Origin: a virus | Lineage: Duplodnaviria; Caudoviricetes | Length of the DNA: 55,831 bases | Virus record (IMG/VR): IMGVR_UViG_3300027336_000040 | Location: 1-55,831 of that record | Reading direction: 5' to 3' (one strand) | Program-made: the position numbers and the translations under genes | Shown here: one piece after another, positions 33,827-42,241 of the stretch | Position numbering within the stretch: the stretch's first letter is position 1 | How the letters are laid out: each line of letters opens with the position of its first letter | The notes under the pieces: generated by a model | What the model saw: only the letters and a program-made list of their open reading frames with translations | What the model was told of the DNA's origin: nothing | Database searches by the model: none

Positions 33827-33985
33827 TGGATACCGGTATCCAGCCATAGGTAACCAGATTAAGGTGGTTACTACCGGTATCCTTATACCGCTATGCGGAT
33901 AACCAATGATTAGAAAACCAGAATGCTTACGCATTCTTTTAGTTATTTTCTAAGGGATACCGGTATATAAGGATACCGGTATCCT
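33827..33985. repeat. Cluster of GGATACCGGTATCC palindromes in an AT-rich tract (candidate origin or packaging control)
   Basis: Perfect 16-mers at 33827-33842 and 33970-33985; partial copies at 33872 and 33954. Confidence 0.7.
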
Positions 33986-34000
33986 ATGTATATCTTAATA

Positions 34001-34018
34001 CAGCAAAGACTGTGCCAG
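34001..34018 (-). promoter_or_regulatory. Sigma54 (-24/-12) promoter consensus
   Basis: Minus strand CTGGCACAGTCTTTGCTG fits TGGCAC-N5-TTGC. Confidence 0.65.
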
Positions 34019-34211
34019 TTCTCGAAGTTTGATCTTGATTTGCGCTTTGCGCGGTGGATCAAACCCCAGTCAAACTGAGGTCTCGCCATGAGAAAACCCC
34101 AGCGGTTGGTGGGGACGTAACCTCCGCAGCGTGGGCCGGGAGTTTCTCCGTGGAGTCTTCCTTTCCTCCCTGGTGACCACGCCGACTGACCCCCGTAAGG
34201 GGTCCCATATA

Positions 34212-34267
34212 TAGGGTTTACCCTGGTTTATCGCCACGGGCTAAACCCCCTAAGGTCTGTATATAAT
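34212..34267 (+). promoter_or_regulatory. tRNA/late operon promoter region
   Basis: TATAAT at 34262-34267 preceded by TAGGGTTTACCCT and GGGCTAAACCCCCTA. Confidence 0.55.
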
Positions 34268-34308
34268 TGCCGCCATGCAACTCGCTTCCCTTCCACGACC
34301 GACTTTCT

Positions 34309-34386
34309 CTGGGTGTAATGTCAGCCCGGTAGACGGCCGCCCTTGGAAGGCGGAGGCCGCAGGTTCAAATCCTGCCACCCAGACCA
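34309..34386 (+). tRNA. tRNA-Pro(TGG)
   Basis: CTGGGTG/CACCCAG acceptor, CCGCC-CTTGGAA-GGCGG, TTCAAAT, CCA. Confidence 0.9.
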
Positions 34387-34438
34387 ATTCAAACTCTTGG
34401 CGTAATACGACACCCTCGTCGTATTGAACCCCCTGCCT

Positions 34439-34525
34439 GGGGGTGCGGCGCAGATGGTGAGGCGCGGCGGACTGTAAACCCGTTGACCAAGAGTCGAGAA
34501 GGTTCAAATCCTTCCACCCCCACCA
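34439..34525 (+). tRNA. tRNA-Tyr(GTA)
   Basis: GGGGGTG/CACCCCC, CTGTAAA loop, long variable arm, CCA. Confidence 0.9.
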
Positions 34526-34545
34526 CCATCAACCCCCGACGATTT

Positions 34546-34620
34546 TCCGAGGTAGCACAGCGGTAGTGCAGTTGGCTGTTAACCAATTGGTCGCTGGTTC
34601 GATCCCAGCCCTCGGAGCCA
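34546..34620 (+). tRNA. tRNA-Asn(GTT)
   Basis: TCCGAGG/CCTCGGA, CTGTTAA loop, GCCA. Confidence 0.92.
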
Positions 34621-34625
34621 GACGT

Positions 34626-34699
34626 ATCTCGCTCGTCCAATGGCAGGACGTCGGTCTCCAAAACCGAAGATGGGGGTTCGAGTCCCTCGCGGGGTGCCA
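34626..34699 (+). tRNA. tRNA-Trp(CCA)
   Basis: TCGGT-CTCCAAA-ACCGA, TTCGAGT, GCCA. Confidence 0.88.
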
Positions 34700-34700
34700 A

Positions 34701-34776
34701 GCCCTTGTAGCTCAGTTGGCAGAGCAGCCGCCTTGTAAGCGGAAGGTCGTGGGTTCAATTCCTACCAGGGGCACCA
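34701..34776 (+). tRNA. tRNA-Thr(TGT)
   Basis: GCCCTTG/CAGGGGC, CTTGTAA loop, ACCA. Confidence 0.92.
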
Positions 34777-34781
34777 GACGC

Positions 34782-34867
34782 GGAGCCTGGCGTGCAGGGC
34801 ACAAACGGGGTTTGAACCCCCGGCCACTTGGCGACAGGTGAGGGTTCGATTCCTTCAGGCTCCGCCA
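34782..34867 (+). tRNA. tRNA-Ser(TGA), atypical (8/4-compatible, 3-nt D-loop)
   Basis: GGAGCCTG/CAGGCTCC, GTGC-AGG-GCAC, CGGGG-TTTGAAC-CCCCG, long variable arm, G73-CCA. Confidence 0.75.
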
Positions 34868-34919
34868 AACCACCAGCCACAATTCCCGCAAAGCCACCAA
34901 CGAAAGCATAGAGGTTGAT

Positions 34920-35162
34920 ATGGCAGCGAGAATGCGCAAGACACATCAAGAGGATGTGCGAAAGAAAATCCAGGTCAGCCTGCTGATCAATCGACTCACC
35001 GATTGCGCCATGGGCAAGACCGACCTAAGCACGCAGCAGGTCCAGGCGATCAAGGTCCTCATGGACAAGAGCCTGCCCAACCTGTCCGACGTGAAGATCG
35101 AGACCGGCTCACAGGGCATCACGTTCAACCTGAACACAGGCGTCAAGCCTAAGGCTGAATGA
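34920..35162 (+). CDS. terS: Terminase small subunit (putative)
   Basis: Directly before TerL; RKKIQVSLLINRL...LMDKSLPNL. Confidence 0.7.
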   Translation: MAARMRKTHQEDVRKKIQVSLLINRLTDCAMGKTDLSTQQVQAIKVLMDKSLPNLSDVKIETGSQGITFNLNTGVKPKAE

Positions 35163-36616
35163 GCGAGGCGGTAGCAAATGCAGAAGAGGCGGTCACCTAC
35201 TATCCGCCTGGCCCTGTCGCTTCCGAATTTCATCAGGACTCCAGCTTCGTTCGAGGTCTCATGGGGCCTGTTGGTAGCGGCAAGTCATCTGCCTGCTGCT
35301 CTGAAATCGTCATGCGTGCTCTTGCCCAGCGACCCTGGCTTGACGGTGTACGTCGGTCCAGATGGGCAGTCATACGAAACACGTACCCCGAACTGAAGTC
35401 CACGACCATCAAGACGTGGCAGACCTGGTTCCCGCAGAACGTGGCGCCCATCCGCTGGGACACGCCCATCACCAGCTTCATGCGCATCGACGACATCGGC
35501 GACGGCACTTCGATGGAGCTCGAGGTCATCTTCCTGGCGCTCGACTCCGAGCTCGACACCGGCAAGCTGCGATCCCTTGAGTTGAGCGGAGCCTGGATCA
35601 ACGAGGGCTCAGAGATTCCCAAGGCGGTCTTCGACATGTGTACCCAGCGTGTCGGCCGCTACCCCTCCAAACTCAAGGGCGGTCCCTCCTGGTGCGGCGT
35701 CATCATCGACACCAACCCGCCAGACGACGACCACTGGTACTACCAGATCGCCGAGGTCGATACACCCAAGGGCTGGCAGTTCTTCCGCCAACCAGGTGGC
35801 CTGTACTTCGATCACGGCGAAGAGGACTACAAGCCCAACCCCGACGCCGAGAACGTGGACAACCTGCCCAACGGGCACGGCTACTACCTCCAGCAGCTCG
35901 GCGGCAAACAAGACACCTGGATCAACGTCTTCCTGCTGGGCAACTACGGCACGACCTCAGACGGCAAGCCTGTCTTCCCCGAATGGAACGACCGGATTCA
36001 CGTCAGCGATAAAGAGCTCGAGCCGGTGCGTGGCCTGCCCATCATCTTGGGCTGGGACTTCGGGCTTACCCCGGCGTGCATCATCGCCCAGCAGATGCCC
36101 AACGGCAGGCTGCACATCCTCGAAGAGATCATCAGCGAGGACATGGGTATCCGGGAGTTCGCCTCAGACGTGGTGCGCCCGATCCTCACCAACCGCTACA
36201 ACGGCTTTGCCCGGTTCAGCGACGGCGACCCCGCTGGTGCGATCCGCGCCCAGACAGACACTCGCACTTGCTTCATGGAATTGAACGAGTGCGGCATACC
36301 CACCGAACCCGCCGATACCAACGACTGGATACCCCGGCGAGAATCGGTGGCGTACTTCCTCACGCGGATGATCGACGGAGGACCAGCTCTGCTGCTGGAC
36401 CCGAGATGCACGACTCTGCGCAAAGGATTCAATGGTCGCTACCGGTATGAGCGGATGAAGACATCCGGCTCGGCACGATACAGGGACCGCCCCGTGAAGG
36501 ATGCTTTCTCGCACCCTCACGACGCTCTTCAGTATTTGTGCATGCGGGTGCGCAACGGCCTTCGTCCCATCCGGGCACGCCAGGTCGTCAACGCATCCAA
36601 TAGGGGCTGGACATGA
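35159..36616 (+). CDS. terL: Terminase large subunit
   Basis: GPVGSGKS Walker A, WINE Walker B, DTNPP, GWDFGLTPA nuclease motif, HPHDALQY. Confidence 0.95.
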   Translation: MSEAVANAEEAVTYYPPGPVASEFHQDSSFVRGLMGPVGSGKSSACCSEIVMRALAQRPWLDGVRRSRWAVIRNTYPELKSTTIKTWQTWFPQNVAPIRWDTPITSFMRIDDIGDGTSMELEVIFLALDSELDTGKLRSLELSGAWINEGSEIPKAVFDMCTQRVGRYPSKLKGGPSWCGVIIDTNPPDDDHWYYQIAEVDTPKGWQFFRQPGGLYFDHGEEDYKPNPDAENVDNLPNGHGYYLQQLGGKQDTWINVFLLGNYGTTSDGKPVFPEWNDRIHVSDKELEPVRGLPIILGWDFGLTPACIIAQQMPNGRLHILEEIISEDMGIREFASDVVRPILTNRYNGFARFSDGDPAGAIRAQTDTRTCFMELNECGIPTEPADTNDWIPRRESVAYFLTRMIDGGPALLLDPRCTTLRKGFNGRYRYERMKTSGSARYRDRPVKDAFSHPHDALQYLCMRVRNGLRPIRARQVVNASNRGWT

Positions 36617-38634
36617 AAATGGGACTTGCAATGGTGGCGGCTGAGCCACCCGTCGAAGTCGAGGTTCTCGTCGACGAGAAAAATCAACTGATCGACACGA
36701 TCGGCACCGAGCTTGCGGCGCACGTCAATGAGGCGTGGAGCCGAGCCAAGTTCGCCAAGACAGAGATCACCGAGCGTCTGCTTCAGTGCGAGCGTCAGCG
36801 TCGCGGCGTCTACGACCCGGACAAGGCGATGGACATCGCCAGGACCGGCGGCTCAGACATCTACATGCGCATCACCGACGTCAAGTCCAGGGCTGCTTCC
36901 AACTGGATCAACGACGTGATGATCAGCGGCGGGCGTCGCGCCTTCCAGCTCGATCCGGCCAAGGAGCCCGAGCTGCCGCCCGAGATCGCTGCTGGCGTCG
37001 TCGACCTGGTGCGCCTGGAGATGGAGGCGTTCGTGCAGGCCGGTGGCCAGGTTCACCCTGAAGCCTTCCGTGTTCGCATGGAGCAGGTCCAGGACGAGAT
37101 CATGGACAAGATGCGGGAGGAGGCAAAGCTCAAAGCCTTCCGCATGGAGAACAAGATCGAGGACCAGCTCAACCAGGGTCAATTCAACACAGCGTTCCGC
37201 GAGTTCGTGGACGACTTCGTGACCTACCCCACCGCGATCCTCAAGGGTCCGGTGATCCGCCGCAAGAAGGTGATGAAGTGGGGTCCTGGCTTCAAGCCGG
37301 TGATCATGACCGACTTCGTGCGCAAGGTTGAGCGCGTCTCCCCGCACGACGCCTTCCCCTCACCCAACTCAAGCACGATCCACGACGGCTACTTCATCGA
37401 GCGCCACCGCCTCACCCGCGCAGCACTCGACTCCATGAAGGGCACGCCTGGCTACAGCAACGACGACATCGACCAGGTGCTCGAGCGATTCGGCGACTCA
37501 GGCTTTCGCCAGTGGCTCATGGGCGACCAGGAGCGCGACCGCCTCGAGGGCAAGCCGCACGCCCGCCTGTACACCAAGGACGTGATCGAAGCCGTCGAGT
37601 ACTGGGGCAGCGTCAGCGGCAAGATGCTCATGGACTGGGGCTACAAGGGCAAGAAGCTCGAGCGGTACAAGGAGTACGAGGCCAACGTCTGGGTCATCGG
37701 CCCATTCGTGATCAAGGCCATCCTCAACCCCGATCCACTCGGCGCTCGCCCCTACGAGATCGCCCAGTGGGTTCCAATCCCTGGCAGCTTCTGGGGCACC
37801 GCACTGCCCGAGCAGATGCGCGACACGCAGACCCTGTGCAACGCCGCAGCCCGCAGCTTGGCGAACAACATGGGTATCGCTTCAGGCCCGCAGGCCGAGA
37901 TCAGTGTGGACCGTCTGCCCGACGGCGAGGACGTGACCTCGATGTACCCCTGGAAGATCTGGCAGACCACGTCTGACCGGACTGGTGGCGGTCAGCCAGC
38001 CGTCAGGTTCTTCCAGCCGAACATGAACGCTGAAGCCCTGATGAACGTGTACCAGTACTTCAGCCGTCAGGCCGATGAAGTCACCGGCATCCCGAACTAC
38101 GTCTACGGCAACACCTCTGGCGGCGGCGTCGGTCGCACGGCGTCTGGCCTGAGCATGTTGATGGACAACGCAGCCAAGGGCATCAAGGCGGCGATCGCCT
38201 CCATCGACAACGTGGTGTCCGCGTTGGTCGACAGGCTCTACGTCCACAACATGGTTTACGACTCGGACATGTCCTGCAAGGGTGACTTCAAAGTCATCGC
38301 CAAGGGTGCGATGGGCCTGGTTGCCAAGGAGCAGCTCCAGATTCGCCGCAACGAGTTCCTGCAAGCGACCGCCAACCCGGTCGACCTCCAGATCATCGGC
38401 CCGACTGGGCGTGCCTACCTCCTGCGCGAGGTTGCCAAGACGCTCCAGATGGACACCGACAAGCTCGTTCCCACGACCGAGCAGCTCGAGTTCCGCCAGG
38501 AGCAGCAGATGGCCGAGCAGATGATGCAGCAGGCTCAGGCCATGGGTGGCCAGGGCCAGGCGCCGCAAGCACCGGTCACACTTGACGCAGCCGGTAATCC
38601 CGCCGGGGGCGCAGAAGCCAACCTAATGCAATGA
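36613..38634 (+). CDS. Portal protein
   Basis: 673 aa after TerL; FWG..LPE, TASGLSMLM, Q-rich tail. Confidence 0.88.
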   Translation: MKMGLAMVAAEPPVEVEVLVDEKNQLIDTIGTELAAHVNEAWSRAKFAKTEITERLLQCERQRRGVYDPDKAMDIARTGGSDIYMRITDVKSRAASNWINDVMISGGRRAFQLDPAKEPELPPEIAAGVVDLVRLEMEAFVQAGGQVHPEAFRVRMEQVQDEIMDKMREEAKLKAFRMENKIEDQLNQGQFNTAFREFVDDFVTYPTAILKGPVIRRKKVMKWGPGFKPVIMTDFVRKVERVSPHDAFPSPNSSTIHDGYFIERHRLTRAALDSMKGTPGYSNDDIDQVLERFGDSGFRQWLMGDQERDRLEGKPHARLYTKDVIEAVEYWGSVSGKMLMDWGYKGKKLERYKEYEANVWVIGPFVIKAILNPDPLGARPYEIAQWVPIPGSFWGTALPEQMRDTQTLCNAAARSLANNMGIASGPQAEISVDRLPDGEDVTSMYPWKIWQTTSDRTGGGQPAVRFFQPNMNAEALMNVYQYFSRQADEVTGIPNYVYGNTSGGGVGRTASGLSMLMDNAAKGIKAAIASIDNVVSALVDRLYVHNMVYDSDMSCKGDFKVIAKGAMGLVAKEQLQIRRNEFLQATANPVDLQIIGPTGRAYLLREVAKTLQMDTDKLVPTTEQLEFRQEQQMAEQMMQQAQAMGGQGQAPQAPVTLDAAGNPAGGAEANLMQ

Positions 38635-38641
38635 GGTTCAC

Positions 38642-38806
38642 ATGAAGCAAGCCAAAGAGATGATGAGCAAGGTCGCCACCAAGAAGGTCAAAGAGCACGA
38701 GGCCAAGATGCACGGCAAGAAAGCCGCTCCGGTCAAGCTCAAGGACGGTGGCATGGTCAAGAAGTACAAAGACGGCGGCATGGTGCGTGGCGCCAAGAAG
38801 TGCTGA
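38642..38806 (+). CDS. 54-aa Lys-rich protein with two KDGGMV motifs (absent from ORF track)
   Basis: GAGG RBS; MKQAKEMMSK...LKDGGMVKKYKDGGMVRGAKKC. Confidence 0.65.
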   Translation: MKQAKEMMSKVATKKVKEHEAKMHGKKAAPVKLKDGGMVKKYKDGGMVRGAKKC

Positions 38807-38930
38807 GGCGAGCCATGTCCAAGCACATCAAAGAACAAGGCCCTAAGCCCTGCCCCGCTCCCAACCTGCCGTGCGGCACGCTCGGTCCTGGGGTTCGTAG
38901 CCCTCAGGACTACGGTAAGAAAAAGTCCTA

Positions 38931-39164
38931 ATGCTGCTGAAACCACCAGCTAGAGTTGTCGCAGCGCTGTCCTCCTTGGAGGGCAACAACGATTTCGAGG
39001 AGATCTGCAAGTGGCTCGATGAGTCTCTTTCTGATCTCCGAAAGCAGAACGATCTCACCAGGGATGAAGTTCAGACCAGGTGGCATCAAGGGGCATCCCA
39101 AGTGCTCGATGAGCTTCTCGAGAAGAAGCGATCGGCCAGGGACACGCTCTACAAGATGAAGTAA
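38931..39164 (+). CDS. Small head-module protein
   Basis: Helical, xxQG motif, between portal and scaffold. Confidence 0.6.
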   Translation: MLLKPPARVVAALSSLEGNNDFEEICKWLDESLSDLRKQNDLTRDEVQTRWHQGASQVLDELLEKKRSARDTLYKMK

Positions 39165-39289
39165 TTCGCCCCGTCGGGGCAAACCGCAGGACCTACGGCG
39201 GATAGCGTGGGCACCGAGAACACCGAATCGACCGTAAGGGAAAACCCTAAGTGGCTCCCAGCAGGAAGTGAAGGCTCAAGGAGTTTGAA

Positions 39290-40228
39290 TTGAACCTACC
39301 ACGCGCCGTCATTGAGGCGGAAAGAAAGGCAGAAGAAGCTCTTCAACGACTGCAACAGGCTCGCCAGCCGCAGCAGACACAACCAGAAGGTGTAACTCCT
39401 CCTGGTGACCCGACGCCTCCCAGCACGGAGTCTTCGGGCGGTATTTCGGCACCACCGGAAGCTCATGCTCCGGCACCCCAGAACACCCCTCCGGCCGAGG
39501 GAGATGACAAGTGGGAGGCCCGGTTCAAGACTCTGAGTGGCAAGTACAACGCCGAGGTCCCGCGACTGCATGCCGCGATCAAAGAGCGTGATGGCAAGTT
39601 GAATAGCCTGACCGAAGAAGTGGAGGCGTTGAAGGCGAAGCTGACTACTCCCCAAGAGAAGTTGGTCAAGCCTGAAGAGGTGAGCGAGTTCGGTGAACCA
39701 CTGGTCGACCTTATCCGCCGCGCAGCTCGTGAAGAGGTGCAGGTCAAGGACGGCGAGATATCAGAACTCCGCAGGAAGCTCGAGCAGTTGAGCGGTACCG
39801 CGACGGCAAACGTCGAGGTCAGCTTCTACGATCGTCTCGGCATGGCAGTCCCCGACTGGCGTGTCATCAACGACGACCCCGAGTTCCACACCTGGCTAGG
39901 TGAAGTCGATGACCTCACCGGCATGCAACGCCAAGACATTCTGTCGCAGGCTGAGGAGAAGCGCGATGCAGATCGTGTTGCCAGATTCTTCAGTGCGTTC
40001 AAGAGGGTTCAGCAAGATAAGTCGGCAGCAAGCTCGACTTCGTTGGAGTCCCAGGTAGCCCCCGAGGCTACTCGCACGCCAGAAGCGCCGAAAGGCAAGA
40101 AGCTCTGGGCTCGTGCCGAGATCGCCGCGTTCTACGCAGCTGATCGCCGTGGGCAGTACACCGAAGAACAAGCTGCTGCCATTGATGCAGAAATCCAGGC
40201 TGCGATCCGCGAACAACGAGTGCGGTAA
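39290..40228 (+). CDS. Capsid scaffolding protein
   Basis: Pro-rich N-terminus, coiled coil (KTLSGKYNAEVPRL), precedes the capsid gene. Confidence 0.75.
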   Translation: MNLPRAVIEAERKAEEALQRLQQARQPQQTQPEGVTPPGDPTPPSTESSGGISAPPEAHAPAPQNTPPAEGDDKWEARFKTLSGKYNAEVPRLHAAIKERDGKLNSLTEEVEALKAKLTTPQEKLVKPEEVSEFGEPLVDLIRRAAREEVQVKDGEISELRRKLEQLSGTATANVEVSFYDRLGMAVPDWRVINDDPEFHTWLGEVDDLTGMQRQDILSQAEEKRDADRVARFFSAFKRVQQDKSAASSTSLESQVAPEATRTPEAPKGKKLWARAEIAAFYAADRRGQYTEEQAAAIDAEIQAAIREQRVR

Positions 40229-40255
40229 GCGGCCACCAAGTTTTAAGGTGACATC

Positions 40256-41239
40256 ATGTCTCTCGCAGTAAACGGTAACTACTACGGCGCCGGTAGCGGC
40301 ACTGACGCATACGCTGGTGCCAATGGCTTCATCCCCGAAGTCTGGTCCGGCAAGCTCCAGGTCAAGTTCTACAAGAGCACCGTCCTGGGCGAAATCACCA
40401 ACAACGATTGGGAAGGCGAAATCAAGGGCCAAGGCGACAAGGTCTTCATCCGCACCATCCCAACGATCAACATCAGCAACTACCAGAAGGGTATGAACCT
40501 GACTTCCCAGGTTCCTAACAGCACTCCTCTGGAGCTGAGCATCGACAAGGGCAAGTACTTCCAGGTCGTCCTGGACGACGTGGACGAAGTCCAGGCCGAC
40601 ATCAAGCTGATGGACATCTTCACCAACGACGCAAGTCAGCAGATGAAGATCGCCATCGACGGCGACGTTCTGGGCTCTGTGTACGCAGACGCCGCTGCCG
40701 CCAACAAGGGCGCCACCGCTGGCGCGATCTCTGGCGACATCAACTTGGGTGCCGCTGGCGCTCCTCGCGCCCTGACCAAGGCCAACATCCTGGACATGAT
40801 CCTGGACATGGGCCAGGTCCTGGACGAGCAGAACACGCCTGAAGACGGTCGCTGGATGGTGATCCCCGCCTGGATGGCTTCGATGATCAAGAACTCTGAT
40901 CTGAAGCAAGCCTACCTGACCGGTGACTCCGTCACGCCTCTGCGTAACGGCAAGATCGGCATGATCGACCGCTTCACCGTCTACATCAGCAACAACCTGT
41001 CCAAGGTCACCGACCTGGGTAGCGATGGTGCTTCTGGCGGCACTGGCGGCGCTGCTGACAAGTCGGCCTGGAACATCATGGCCGGTACCCGCGATGCCAT
41101 CTCGTTCGCTTCGCAGATCACCAACGTGGAAACCCTGCGCTCGCAGTCCACGTTCGGCAACATCATGCGCGGCCTGAACGTGTACGGCTACAAGGTGACC
41201 AAGCCTGAAGCCTTGGTCCACGGCTACGTGTCCAAGTAA
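40256..41239 (+). CDS. Major capsid protein
   Basis: FIPEVWSGKL...WEGEIKGQGDKVFIR...RGLNVYGYKVTKPEAL; strong codon bias. Confidence 0.9.
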   Translation: MSLAVNGNYYGAGSGTDAYAGANGFIPEVWSGKLQVKFYKSTVLGEITNNDWEGEIKGQGDKVFIRTIPTINISNYQKGMNLTSQVPNSTPLELSIDKGKYFQVVLDDVDEVQADIKLMDIFTNDASQQMKIAIDGDVLGSVYADAAAANKGATAGAISGDINLGAAGAPRALTKANILDMILDMGQVLDEQNTPEDGRWMVIPAWMASMIKNSDLKQAYLTGDSVTPLRNGKIGMIDRFTVYISNNLSKVTDLGSDGASGGTGGAADKSAWNIMAGTRDAISFASQITNVETLRSQSTFGNIMRGLNVYGYKVTKPEALVHGYVSK

Positions 41240-41255
41240 TCCACGTTAACCCGTG

Positions 41256-41294
41256 AGGGGGAGGGGGTAACTCCCCTCCCCTTTTTTATTTTTT
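41256..41294 (+). terminator. Intrinsic terminator after the capsid gene
   Basis: GGGGGAGGGG-loop-CCCCTCCCC-TTTTTTATTTTTT. Confidence 0.85.
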
Positions 41295-41300
41295 GGCGCC

Positions 41301-41555
41301 ATGAAAAAACTTCTCAAGCAAAAGACAACCGGCCACATCTACGTGTGGACGGAAAACCTGGCCTCCCGTGACGACATGGAGGTCTACGACCCCACCCCAG
41401 TCCAGGCTTCCGAGCTAGAAAACACCAGTGAGAATCCTGTCAACACCAGCGCGGATGAGCCGGAAACAGACCTCGAGGTCGCCAAGGCAGTGTTTCGCAG
41501 ACAGGTCACCAAGCTGGGACGTAAGCCCAGCTCACGAACATCAGGTGCTCCATGA
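41301..41555 (+). CDS. Hypothetical protein
   Basis: ORF after the capsid gene. Confidence 0.6.
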   Translation: MKKLLKQKTTGHIYVWTENLASRDDMEVYDPTPVQASELENTSENPVNTSADEPETDLEVAKAVFRRQVTKLGRKPSSRTSGAP

Positions 41556-42241
41556 TCGTCTCCGACATCCTTGGCCGCGTACGACCGGTACTCAACGACA
41601 GTGATGCAGCCGCATATCGCTGGTCGAACTCTGACCTGATCAGCTACATCAACGATGCCTGCCGCATGGTCCTGATCAAGCGGCCTGACGCCAACACCAT
41701 CCTATCCCCCTTGACCTTGGTGGCTGGCGCGCTCCAAACGATTCCTGACTCCGCCTACCGCCTGATCGACATCGTCTGCAACCTCGGCGTGGACGACGCC
41801 CAGGGCCGTGCTGTCACCCTGGTGGACAACACCGTCCTCGATGCCTTCAGCCCCAACTGGCGAGCTGGAGCCAAGTCATCCACGATCAAGCACTACATCT
41901 TCGATCCAAGAACCGCACGGCGATTCGAGGTCTACCCGCCCGCCAACACTGGCGCAAGGATCCAGGCAAAGGTCTCTGCCGTCATTGGCAACGTGTCCCA
42001 GACCAGCGACACGATCGGCCTGCGTGATGAGTACATGGAGCACCTGGTCGTGTTCGTGCTCTACAAGTCCTACGCTCGAGACACGGAGTTCGCAGGCAAC
42101 GCAGAGCTCGCAGCCAGTTACCTGGCGCTCTTCAACGGAATGCTCGGCGACAAGACCATGGCGGACAACGCGTTCGCTCCGGCGATGAACCGGCCTGGCG
42201 ACCAGCCTAGCGCACCGGCCCAGCAGATTGGAGGCGTCTGA
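41552..42241 (+). CDS. Head-tail adaptor (DUF6682-like)
   Basis: RVRPVLND...RWS..DLISYINDA...YPP. Confidence 0.7.
   Translation: MIVSDILGRVRPVLNDSDAAAYRWSNSDLISYINDACRMVLIKRPDANTILSPLTLVAGALQTIPDSAYRLIDIVCNLGVDDAQGRAVTLVDNTVLDAFSPNWRAGAKSSTIKHYIFDPRTARRFEVYPPANTGARIQAKVSAVIGNVSQTSDTIGLRDEYMEHLVVFVLYKSYARDTEFAGNAELAASYLALFNGMLGDKTMADNAFAPAMNRPGDQPSAPAQQIGGV

Noticed and set aside
34257-34272. LexA box (CTGTATATAATTGCCG)
   Set aside because: Right half-site deviates from ACAG; better explained as the TATAAT -10 element.
34782-34867. Selenocysteine or opal-suppressor tRNA
   Set aside because: The anticodon is TGA (reads UCA, Ser), not TCA; TGA stops are used normally, so there is no sign of recoding.
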